From Lama guanicoe (lineage: Eukaryota), in the NCBI GenBank assembly GCA_013239625.1, contig MU053881.1:1550001-1614000 (forward strand): a stretch of DNA of 64,000 nt, in the 5' to 3' direction. Below, in pieces: positions 22,292-33,035 of the stretch; position 1 is the stretch's first letter, and each line of letters opens with the position of its first letter. Both the position numbers and the translations under genes were made by a program. Under the pieces are notes generated by a model. It was not told the DNA's origin. It ran no database searches and saw only the letters and a program-made list of their open reading frames with translations.

Positions 22292-24755
22292 GGCCAGAGA
22301 CTGGCAGTCCTGATCGCAGGGGCCCTTCCGCTCCTGCCAGGTTTTCAATTTTTCAGGGGCCAGGCCAAAGGCTGAGGCCTGCTGTCTGGTCTCACCGCTT
22401 CCCAGGTCTGCACTTGCGCCCGCCTCCATCTCCTCCCCGCCTTCCCTCCCCACCCAGCTCTCACGCCCTGGTTGCCAGCTGGATTCAGTTTACTTCCCAG
22501 CTGACCAGGGAGTAAGGCTGCCCTAAATCACAGCTGACATTCTGCTTTTTGACTCTCCCCTGGGGGGCATTCTCTTAGGAGGAGGTGGGCGGGGGGAGTG
22601 TGGTCCCAGCAGTGGAAGCCAGGCTTCCCCGTCTGCAGTCCTACCTGAGTCCTGGGTCTGGACTCTGTTTTCCATTCCATACCCCTGTGGGGGCCAAGAC
22701 ACCATTTCCCACTTCTGGGGGTGGAGGGAGCACATACCGGTACCTTGGGTGGGGGTGCAGTTTCCGAGAGACTCGGGGAAGCCCAGTGTGTAACCAGCTG
22801 GCACGGCGCCTCCCCCACGGGCTCCTTGACTGTGGTCACCAGTGGCGCATCCATGCCCTGCCTGAGGTCTCCACCTCCTCGGGGCCCATCCTCTCCCATC
22901 CCCTCCCGCCTTGGTCCCCTTCACATGATGAGGAGGGAGTAGATGGGCTCCTGGCTCTAACTGCCTCATCCCACTGTTGTGACACAAACTCGAGGCCTGC
23001 ACAGGAGTCTCAAAATAACTGATTTGGAAACAAACAAAAAAAAACCTGGAAGTTGACCCTTTTTCTTCTTCCTGAGCTTTTCATTCCCACCCCAATAAGC
23101 TGACTTTCCTTCCAGGCAAGGTAGGTGCCTCTGATCAGGAGCCAAGGTGCACTCTGGCCCCAAACAGCTGGCGCTGTGGCTCTGTCCCCACCAGCTACGT
23201 GACTTTGGCTCACAGCCCAGTCTTTCTGGGCTGCAGCCCTCAGCTTAGAAACCTCAGCCCCACGGGGACTGCGCCAGAATCACATTCCCCCACAGGAAGA
23301 CTCCAGTGTCATGTGAAGCCTCGGAACAGGCATCTCTGTGTTGATGAGACCATGTCATGAGGAGTCAGGGTCACGGCGGCACTGCCCCCAGAAAGTCCCT
23401 GTTTCCCCTTAGGAGAGGAAACGTGCCAGTGTGGTCATAGACACCCAGCCCAGGGCACCCTTTGGTTGGGGCTGGGAGATGGAGTAGCCATGGCCATGGC
23501 ACTTTCTGGGCAATGTGGGGAACTTTCCAGGTAGTTATTCACCCGGGCACCCCCTTCACATGCCCCTTTAGGGGCTCATCTCCCGGTAAGAGAGCCTTCC
23601 CCATGTCTGTCTGGGGGTAGCTGGGCGGGGGACCTGCTGTGTGCCCGCCTTTCCCACCCGGTGGAGGTGGGGAAGGGGCGAGCCGGCAGCCCCACGGTGG
23701 CCATGCAGCCTCCACACCGGAGTCCTGGCCAGAGCAGGCTGCCGGCCTTACTATCCACCCTCTCGAGTTGAGATGGGCCCGTAAAAGCCGCTTCCTAATT
23801 AGTTCTGAAAGGCAGGCATCACCGGCTTGGACAGGCATTGTTGGTGAGTGAGGGGCCAGGAGGGGCGGGAGTCCGGGTCCGCTTCTGGGACTGTGGCCAT
23901 GCCAGTCTGCAGGCCCGGGGAGGCCAGAGCTTCTGACTTTTCGAGCGAGAAATCAGGACTTGAATGTGAAATCGCCCTGTTTCACAGCATCGGTCACCGA
24001 GTGCAGGGGGCCTAGCCAGACCCCAGATCTCCGCCTTGCCTCTCGCTGACCTGTCTCCGCGTCCACAGCCCTAGAAGGTTCTCCGCTGCATCCAGGCTAT
24101 GTTACGTCCCACTGGACAGTCCTGAGCAAGACGTTCGGGGACACACCTCTGCCTCCTGTGTCCCCCCTCCCACCGGGGTGGTCCCCGAATTTGGCGCCGA
24201 CCTGGGCCTCCGTGCTGTCTGGGCTGTCCCCTCAGCCCCTCCACCAGCCATTCCTTTAGGGCCTGGCTCAAATGTTGCCTTTCATTTGCTCCTTCTGGTT
24301 TTCAAAATGTTGGAAAAAATGTCTCGACATAAAAAATTCATACATTACATGAAAAATAATGAATAATGAATGAAATCAACTGCAATTGCAAAATCAAAAT
24401 TTGGAGCTTAAACTCAGATGTGGTGGGTGACAACGTTATTCCACTTTCAGAGAAAAGGAAGAAAACAGGAGAGAAAACCAAAGGCAGAGAAAAGAAACCC
24501 ACAAAAAATAGTGCACACCCTGTAAATCCAAGGATGTTATGCTTCACGCGGCTACACTGGCAGGTCCACACCCTGCTGCCAGGCCGTGCCTTCGAGCCCA
24601 CGCTGGGCTCCCTCACCAGGGTCACCTGTGGCCTAGGCTCACATCTCACCAGTGGGTTATAGTCTTCATCTTGCTCCGACTCTGGGTGACATTTGATCTG
24701 TCGACCTTCGCCTGCTCTCAAAGCCTCCTTCTGTGGCTCCTACAGATCACAAATA

Positions 24756-24883
24756 GGGTGGTTCCTCCGTGGTGAAAAGGACTTTGAGGGGGAAAAAAGC
24801 CAAATGTAGGATTTCCCATGGGTGGTTCCTCCGTGGTAAAAAGGACTTTGAGGGGGAAAAAAGCCAAAGGTAGGATTTCCCAT
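24756..24883 (+). repeat. 64-bp tandem duplication (2 copies)
   Basis: 24756-24819 and 24820-24883 differ at 2 positions. Confidence 0.95.
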
Positions 24884-25189
24884 CCGCCAAAGGGTGACAT
24901 ACGCACAGACTTCATTGCAGTTCACAAAGCACCTTTACATCCCTTGTATTATTGCGGGGGGTGGGGGCGTGCCAGAGGCAGCGTGGATTCAGGAGCGAGT
25001 CCTGGGGAGTCTGAAGGATCTGGGTTCCCACTGAGCCTGGGGGCTTACCTGAGCTGCAGCGTCTCGGTCTGTAAGATAAGCAGGCTGGACTCGATGCATG
25101 GTTTCTTTTCCCCTCGTTCTGTTTTTGTTTTCGTAGTGCTGGTTTTCTTCTCTGTTAATCACAGGAGTGAGACACGATCTGTGCTTATC

Positions 25190-25552
25190 GCCTTGATCAG
25201 CTCAGGCCACTGTAACAGAATACTTTAGACTGCGTGTCCTCTGAACAACAGGTAATTTACTTTTCTCACAGTTCCTGAGACTGGAGGCCCGAGATCACCC
25301 GGCCGGCAGATTTGGCATCCAGCGAAAGCCCGATTCCTGGTTCATAGACAGCCGTCTTGTCGCCACGTCTTCCCGTGGCAGACAGAAGGGGCAAGGTTAC
25401 TCTCTGGGCTGTCTTTTATAAGGGCACTAATCCCATCCTGAGGGCTCCACCCTCACGACCTCGCCACCTCCCAAAGATCGCATCCCTGATAGTGTCACAC
25501 TGGGCATAGGGTCAGCATGTGAACTGGGGCAGGGAGGAGGGGACACACATTC
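25190..25552. mobile_element. MLT1A-type LTR
   Basis: ttttctcacagttcc...cttttataagggcactaatcccatcctgagggctccaccctcacgacct...ggggacacacattcag. Confidence 0.85.
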
Positions 25553-25780
25553 AGTATATACATCTATATCTATATCTGTACATATGTATATCTGAGTCAC
25601 TATGCTGTACACCAAAAACTACCATGTAAATCGACTACACCTCAATAAAAAATAAAATAAAATCCTGAAAAGAAAAAAGCATTTAAGCAAGCCATCAATA
25701 AATTTTGACCTATATATATATATACACACACACACACATATATATATGTGTATATATATATACGCACACCACATATACCA
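25553..25780 (+). repeat. Short L1 3' tail followed by (TA)n(CA)n microsatellite
   Basis: tgagtcactatgctgtacacc...aataaaaaataaaataaaa then tatatata...cacacaca at ~25710-25778. Confidence 0.75.
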
Positions 25781-27887
25781 TAGTGTGTTGAATAGAATGT
25801 CGAAGACCACCTTCCTCTCTGTGGGATCCCTGCCCCCTGAGGCCCCGCTATTGCTGGGTTCGTGCGGCTGCAGGCAGGCCTTTTCCTACACTTATATACC
25901 CACGTGTGCATGTAAAGCGTTTTGTTTAGTCTTTTTACATTTTTTTTTTTACTTTCCTAATATCAGCGCCTAGAAAAGGCCTAACTCATTACGTACTTTG
26001 CAAATTTTGGTTGCATGGTTGAATTAATGTTGTTGGGCTTTTTTTTTTTTTAATCTCATCTCTTTTGTCTTGGAGATCTTCTTCCTGGATTTTGTTTCTG
26101 ACCGCCATATAGATGTGCGGTGATTCAGTCAAGCCGTCCGCAGTACAGGTTCACAATCCGTCATCTCACCGCTTGAGGCTTGATGGGTCAGAATTCAAAA
26201 TTGTTCTGTAGCTCGAGGGAAGGTCGGACACGTACCAGACAGCCCCCGTCACCAGACACGCTAACATTTCTGCGATGAGAGGTATAAATACGCCCCGAAA
26301 GTGGGATAAATGAAGTCTCTAAGCTGCCTCATGTCAGATCAGACAGATCAGACTTGCCTCCAGATGGATTTGCAGCAACTGAAAATAGACTCTCCGCTTA
26401 GAGGGTCTGGGACTTGGAATAAGACGAGGGGTGTGGGCTCTGCATGAAGGCCCTCACGTCCAGCCCTGTTAGGGAAACGTGGCTGAGACCGGCTCTCCCT
26501 CACCTCCCTGTCCTTGGTCTCACTGTCTCTATTCTCCTTTGGGAACCGGCAGTGAGGGGAGTGTGGTGTGGGGATGGAGGGGCAGCCTGTCCCCGGAGGC
26601 ACCAAACCCGTGCTTGCGTGTCCTGCAGGCTCGGCCCCACCCCAAGCCCAACAGATTGGCTTCTTCTCATCCTCACAGCTGGCCCCCTTCTCCACGGCTG
26701 CCTTTTCCCTCTGGGGTTGGCATCAGTTACCTCCAGCTCCAGCCTTCTCTTTGGCACTGTGTTTACCCTTTGGATCTGGCAGGATCGACCGAAGACCTTT
26801 GCCTTGTGGTGGCTTGTTTCCCAGACCCCTTCTCCCTGTTCTCTGCCTCCACTTGGTCGTCTTCCATGTACTCCTGAGCTTCAAGTACAAGGGTGGTGTT
26901 CTCCTGCGTGGTGAGACCCACTTGCCATGGGGCAGCGACAACGCACTTCAAGGGGTGCGTGGATACCCTGAAATTGGAGCAGACGGGGTGTCTGGGCACA
27001 TGTGTGCTTTCCAAGGGCTCCATGGAATTTGTCAACCTCTTGGGGGGTTAGCATGTGGACATCAGGTAAAGCCCTTCTCACCTGACCCCCACCTACCTCT
27101 CCAGTGTCTGTGTCATCTCTGTCTACCGTGTCACCAGCCCCAGACTCCTGCCACATGCACAAGATCGGTCACTGTCCCCTAGAGCCATCCTCTCCTCTCT
27201 GCCTCTGCACGAATGGGTTCCTCAGCCCATCCTGCCCTTCCTTCCTCCTGCTCTGCTCTCCCTCCACCCCTGCTGTAGAGGCTCTTAGCAGCTACAGGAC
27301 GGGATCTGCTGCCCATGGGAGAGGATCAGCACTGGGGAATGCTGCGGGCAGGACGCTGCTGGCCTGGCCCAGGAGGAGCCAAGGCTGTGTGGAGATGGAG
27401 TGGGTTGGGGAAATGTGCCCACAGAAGGTAGGCGGTAGACTCACAGGACCAGATGGCTATTGCAGGAGGTGAGGAAGAGGAGCGAGTCTAAGAAACAGGA
27501 ATTTCTAAGCTTCACTGTGTCTTGCCTCAAACAAGTTCAGTGAAAGTGATTTCAGAACCGACCTCCTGGTGAACGCGCTGGGGCTCATTCTCCAGCAGCT
27601 GCGGGGCATCTCAGCACCTTGGAGATGGGGTGGGGCAGAATTTTGTTTCTTAAACAACACTCAGTCCATCCCTCCCTCACCAGAAGCACGGAGGAATGCA
27701 CTTCCTGTGCACGGGCGGAGAAGGAAAGGCATTCAGAGTTTTGAGTCTGACAGGTGGGAAACAGCAGCCCATTATGGGAGACTGTTTATTCATATTACAT
27801 TAACCAGTGTCTCTACTGGACCGATACACCATCACCCTCCACTGCCCAGTGCTGACTCAGACATTTCCCCATGAACGCACGGGTATC

Positions 27888-28476
27888 TTTTTTTTTTTCA
27901 ATTGAGGTATAGTCAGTTACAATGTGTCCATTTCTGGTGTACAGTGTATGCTTCATACATATACATACATATATTCCTTTTCATATTCTTTTTCATTATA
28001 GGTTACCACAAAATATTGAATATAGTTCCCTGTGCTATACAGAAGAAATTTGTTTTTTATCTATTTTATACATAGTAGTTAATATTTGCAAATCTCAAAC
28101 TCCCAATTTACCCCTTCCCACCCCCTTCCCCCCATAAGTTTGTTAACTATGTCTGCAAGTTTGTTTCTGTTTTGTAGATAAGTTCATTAGTGTCTTCTTT
28201 TTCCTTTCTTTTTTTTTTTCCAGACTCCACATATGAGCAATATCATATGGTATTTTTTTCTCTCTTTCTGGCTTACTTTACTTAGAATGTTGATCTTCAG
28301 ATCCATCTATGTTGCTGCCAATGGCATTATTTTATTCATTTTTTATGGCTGAGTAGCATTCCATTGTATAAATATGACATGCCTCTTTATCCAGTCCTCT
28401 GTTGATGGACACTTAGGCTGTCTCCGGGTCTTGGCTATTGTAAATAGTGCTGCTGTGAACACTGGGTGCATGTTTC
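27888..28476 (-). mobile_element. Lineage-specific L1 3' end
   Basis: T tail then aattgaggtatagtcagttacaatg...cttggctattgtaaatagtgctgctgtgaacactgggtgca. Confidence 0.92.
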
Positions 28477-28899
28477 TCGTGTTGGTGTTTTGCCATCAGT
28501 CTTGGGCTACTTCCTCCCAGACCCCATCAAATAGGCTTCGAGGCAGTGGAGTTTGTCCTTGAGCCATCCCCCCAGGGGGTGACCCCATCCGAGAGCCGAC
28601 TAGACCCTGCGGCTCCTGGCATGTCAGATGGAGCGAGGGCCCTCTCCACAGAGTGGTGCCTTCCCCAGGGAAGATAAAACTGGCGGGGTTTGCTTTGAGG
28701 ATGTCCTGAGAGGCCGCCTGCTGATGCTTCCCTGCCACTCCCTGTCCTGCCAATTAATTCAGCTGCCTGAGCACTCTTTTCATCCAGAGGTGCTTATCTT
28801 GTGCAAGTAAACAGGACGTGACTTACACACGGGGGTGGGGAGGAGCTCAGCTGCATCCAGAAGGCTTGAAACCCCTTTATATAAATAAACTTCCAGCTC

Positions 28900-29260
28900 T
28901 GCCTTCCATGAGCTGTGTGGCCTTGGGCAAGTCCCATAACCTTAGGGAGCCTCCCTTTCCTCTTCTGTTTAATGGAAATGAAAGGCTGAACTTGCCGGAG
29001 GCGACGTAATGAAAGCATCTAACTGACTGCCTGGTTCCTGGAGAGCAGCTTCTGCCACCTGACCTCTGGGTTTAGGAGACCAGTGGCACCCATGCGACAT
29101 TCAGGGGCCAGTCCCGGCACAGGCAGTCCTGGGCTCCTGCCCAACTCCGTTTGCCAGCTGGGGGTGCGGAAGGGGGTCCCAGGCAGGTTACTTCACCTCT
29201 TCCAGCCTTCGTTTCCTCATCTGAGAAATGGGAAAAACAAAACCTTCTTCTCAGAGATGC
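28900..29260. mobile_element. Two MIR fragments in opposite local context
   Basis: agctgtgtggccttgggcaagtc and gtttcctcatctgagaaatggg MIR cores. Confidence 0.65.
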
Positions 29261-30031
29261 TGCGAAGACAAAGTTCTCAGTGCAACAAGAGGATACGTAA
29301 GTCAGCAAAAAGAATACAAGTCCCTGACCTGGTGGAGACAGACAATAAGGACTAGAATGAGCACATCACGCAGTATTTTAGAAGATGACGTGTGCTATGG
29401 AAACGTGCAGCTAAGAAAGGCGAGCAGGACACGGGGTCCCGGCACGTGCGTCCGCGCCAGCCATGTGTGACGTTGCCGATTTCTCCATATCCCCCTAACG
29501 CTTGTTACTATCTGATTTCCCAATTCTGGCCATCCTAAGGGGTGGGAGGTGGCGTCCACGGTGAGTTGAGCTAACAGGTTTTCAGTGCTGGCTAAAGCCA
29601 GGTGCTGTTGACAACAATGTATTCACTCCCCCAGCCCCACGAGGAGGTGCTGCTCTTAGTGTCCCCTTCCGGAGGAGGACACTGAGGCACCAGGGGTCAC
29701 AAGGGGCAGAGCCAGGATGCAAACCCAGGCAGTCTGGTTCCTGACCACACTCAAAAACCTTACGAGGAGCGGGAGCTGCTGTCCGCATGAAAACCCCACA
29801 GGAGCTCTGGCGTGGGGATGTGGGAAAGCCTGTGGGGACGATGAGGTCTCAGGGAGGAAAGAGGGTGACGGCAGAACTGGGCCCGGAAGGGCGAGTAGGA
29901 GTGTGTCAAGCGGAGAGAGGTGGCTGGAAGGATGCTGCAGGGAGAGGGGTGTGCAGAGGGTAGGAAGCGCAGAGGCCAGAGTGTGCTGAGCATTATACCC
30001 TCCAGGGTCCATTTGATTGAAAATAAGTGAG

Positions 30032-30118
30032 CGGGGGTGGGTACAGCTCTGGGGCAGAGTGCGTGCTTAGCGTGCACGAGGTCCTGGGTTCAATCCCCAG
30101 TACCTGAATGTAGATAGA

Positions 30119-30150
<32 letters not shown>

Positions 30151-30185
30151 TAGACAGACCCAATTACCCCACCCCCCGAAATAAG
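30032..30185 (+). mobile_element. Vic-1-like SINE with (TAGA)n(CAGA)n tail
   Basis: gggtacagctctggggcagagtgcgtgcttagcgtgcacgaggtcctgggttcaatccccagtacc then tagatagata...gacagaca. Confidence 0.9.
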
Positions 30186-31256
30186 TGAACAGGAAACCTC
30201 CTGACATATATATGGAACACTCATACGTGGGGACCCAACCTAAGCAAGCTCGTCCACATGCAACCGACAGGAAATCGAGACAAGTTATCTAGCGCCAGCG
30301 TTCCACTCCCCCGCCCCAGAATGCTCCCAGGAGTCCCTGGAGTCCCCTGGGGTGAGTGAGGGCGAGGAGGAGAGGATGCGCTCCTGTCCGAGCAGTGGCT
30401 CAGCAACCCCCTCCGCACCCGCCCCGAGCTGGCCGGTGTGCCTCCCCGCAGGAGAGCATCCTGCTCAGGTGTGTTTAAAAGTAATCTACTCTGCTTTTAC
30501 TCACCCCTCCCGTGGGAGGGAGCCCCAGCAGGACAAGGTGAGAAGTACTTATGGGGACTGTGCCTTTGAGTTTTGTCCAGACTGATTTCGTGTGACCAAA
30601 CTGTGGAGCGTCATGCCTGGAGGGCTACCTCCAGCTGGTGGTGGCTGCGATGGGAATGGCGGATTCAGCTCCGCGGCACCCGGGTGTGCAGCCAGGGTCC
30701 CGCCCCTGAGAAGCAGCCTGCATCCCGCCGCTCAGGTGCTGGCAGGCTTTCACATCATGCGCTCATCTCATCCCCATGGCAACCCCTGTCTAGTTGTTGC
30801 TGTGCTCATTTTACGGATGAGAAAACCAAGACTAGGAGGGGTGCCCAACCCACCCGGGGCTTGAGGGTACAAAGCCAGCTGGTGAGTGGCAGCCCTGGTG
30901 CTCAAACCTGGGCAGAAGTCTGGGGCCACTTTTAAGCCTTTGTTTCTTTCCAAGGAGGTTATTTCTTGCTCCCACAGTACTCATCGGTTCTCCTAAGAAA
31001 TCGGAAGCTGTGATGCTCCTCGCCCCGTGCAGTCTTCCCGGCTCCTGCTGCCATCCTGTTCTCTCCACCAAGCCCCCAAACGCACCCTCTGATATTTTAG
31101 TCCTAGAGATGCTGCTCTGGTTTCTTAGTCCCATTTTCCCCTCTGACATCCTTTGTCCTTCCTCCTTCGTTTCCTCTTGGCTGTATATTTCTGTTTAATA
31201 AGGCCAGGGCTAAGTCTGGCAGCAGAATCAGCAACTAAGCCCTTTGCCTAAAAGCT

Positions 31257-33035
31257 TTAATTAGAAACAGAAGACTGGAGGAAATGGCTTTCCTGCCAAG
31301 TCTGTAAATTACGCCAGGGCTCGCAGCCAAGCCAGGTCTGCGCTGGGAACGTGGAATGTTAAGCACACTTCTCTCGTGAGCAACCCTTTCCCCCAATGCC
31401 TCCTGACCCTGGGGGGCCGCCTCCCCCCTCCAGCACCCACCTTCACCCTCCTGAGTCAGTCCCCATCTTGGGAGGGTTGGCCTCTGCTGCCCGATCACCT
31501 CATTCCTTAAAGAGGAACCAGAAATCCTGAGCTGTGTGCAAAACTGCCTTTTAACTCTGGGCAGCGAATTCACGTGTTTTTAAAACACTCTGCAGGCCAG
31601 ACAAGAATATCTCTTTGGGCTGTCATTGTCCAACCTCTAATCTAAAAATTTTCCTGGATTTCCTCACGTAGAGTTGGTCACGTTTGATTTTTTTTTTCCC
31701 CCGAAATCCTTTTTAACCAACTTATGAGACCTTCAGAACTGTAGTTCTAGAGTTTAAGTTAAATCAGAAGGGTTTAGCTCTGGTTGGTAATAGCTGTAAA
31801 ATTAACACCTGGCGACATTTTCAGCCTCAGATTCGCCGTTGGAGTTGATGGAACCCCCTCGTGCGGTGGGGTGGGATGGGAGCTGGCTTTGTTGGAGAAA
31901 ACAGTAGGTTCTCGGCTGGCGGCCAGGAGATGGTGGGCTCAGAGATGAGAGGAGGGGAAGCCGTTTCTACCTTGGGAGGAAACCCACTACCCAGAAGGGA
32001 CCACAGAATTGGGGCCCTCCCTCCATGGGAAGGTGGACGGGAGAGCTATGAGCCGGGGCAGGGTGGGTACCACGGTCAGTCAGCCCAGGAAGCTGAGGAC
32101 GGTGCCTCAGAAGCAGGCTGGGGCTGCTTGGGTCCTGGCCTCCCAGTGTCAGCCTGGCCAACCTGACGTCACATGGCCCAGCAAAGGGGGCGGGGGCCTT
32201 GGAGCTGGACCCCTGGAGACCCGTCTGACCCATCACCTGCAGTTGCAAAAACAAGGCCCACAGCTCACCCATTTTTCAGCCATCCTCTCTGCTCAGCATC
32301 CCTTAATATAAAGATCTTCGAGTAAATGGACCAGTTGTGTGAGCTTGAGCACATCATTTCCCCCCTGTGAATGCTGGCACCTGTCTTGGTTTGGGTGCCT
32401 GCTGGTAAGGCCACTTGGATCCACTTAGGATAAGGAAGTAAAAATACTTGAGTTTCAGGTTCTGACTCCTCACCAAGTCTGCACAGAGCATTTCCATTGA
32501 CACTTTAAACATGAGGAGAAAAAAAAAATCATGCTCAGGATCCACAGCCTGGCTCCACACACTCCTGCAGGGTGTGCCTTTTTAGCGCTTGTTCACCCTC
32601 CATGATTCACTTAGCCTAGAACTGCCCGGCTGGCAAGGGGCGTGCCTAAGAGATGCTGTGAGGTTGACTTAGGATCCTGCCGTGTGGACGCTTGGCATCA
32701 ACTTGGTTCCAGCCTAGCTGTGCTTTTCCTGACCTGCTGGTTGGTTTTTATCCTGTATGTGTTGTGAATGGTTTCAATGCCTAGGTTTCCATATCCACTC
32801 AGCTCAATAAATTTGGAGCCCATGTCTCGAAAGGGTAAACCTTGAAGGGTCACAGCACGTGAGCAGTTCTCCATTTCTCCTCCTCTTCCCTGACACCCAC
32901 CCGTCTGTGTTACCGCCCTCTCTCTCAGGTTGCATGGGTCAGGATTTACTGCAGTGAGGAGTAGCCCCTGCATGCCGGGAAAAGCATGCTCATAACCTTA
33001 CAACCCAGGAACAATAATAAGTACTTAGTGTCCAA
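31257..33035 (-). pseudogene. Decayed small gene B: signal-peptide-like start plus PAN/apple-like cysteine motif
   Basis: Candidate exons 33035-32914 ((TTG)DTKYLLLFLGCKVMSMLFPACRG, frameshifted), 32840-32734 (GLPFRDMGSKFIELSGYGNLGIETIHNTYRIKTNQQ, open), 32502-32474 (CQWKCSVQT, strong pyrimidine tract, GTGAGG donor), ~31865-31809 (SINSNGE), terminal exon uncertain near 31340-31257. Confidence 0.5.

Larger units (their letters stand above)
11414..26108 (-). pseudogene. Decayed multi-exon gene C: PH-like domain, Tyr-motif linker, possible kinase-like C-terminus
   Basis: Candidate exons (minus): 26108-25997 (ATG, MAVRNKIQEEDLQDKRDEIKK), 25885-25811, 24739-24650 (EPQKEAL..EQDEDYNPL), 24121-24051, 23804-23752 (ELIRKRLLRAHLNSRGWI), 23407-23275, 21602-21509 (PLPGSRVLYL*FGGKPTTRLHIGATNKRPQW), 20561-20496, 20036-19972 (PLGENYLYLVPQQEK), 19394-~18988, 17093/17084-17020, 15671-15651, 13715-13626, 13308-12799, 12401-12255, 11910-~11414. 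Mostly AG/GT sites with matching intron phases; several stops, frameshifts and mutated splice sites. Confidence 0.7.

Noticed and set aside
24756..24883. Possible CRISPR-like or minisatellite array
   Set aside because: Only two adjacent copies, no spacers, mammalian context
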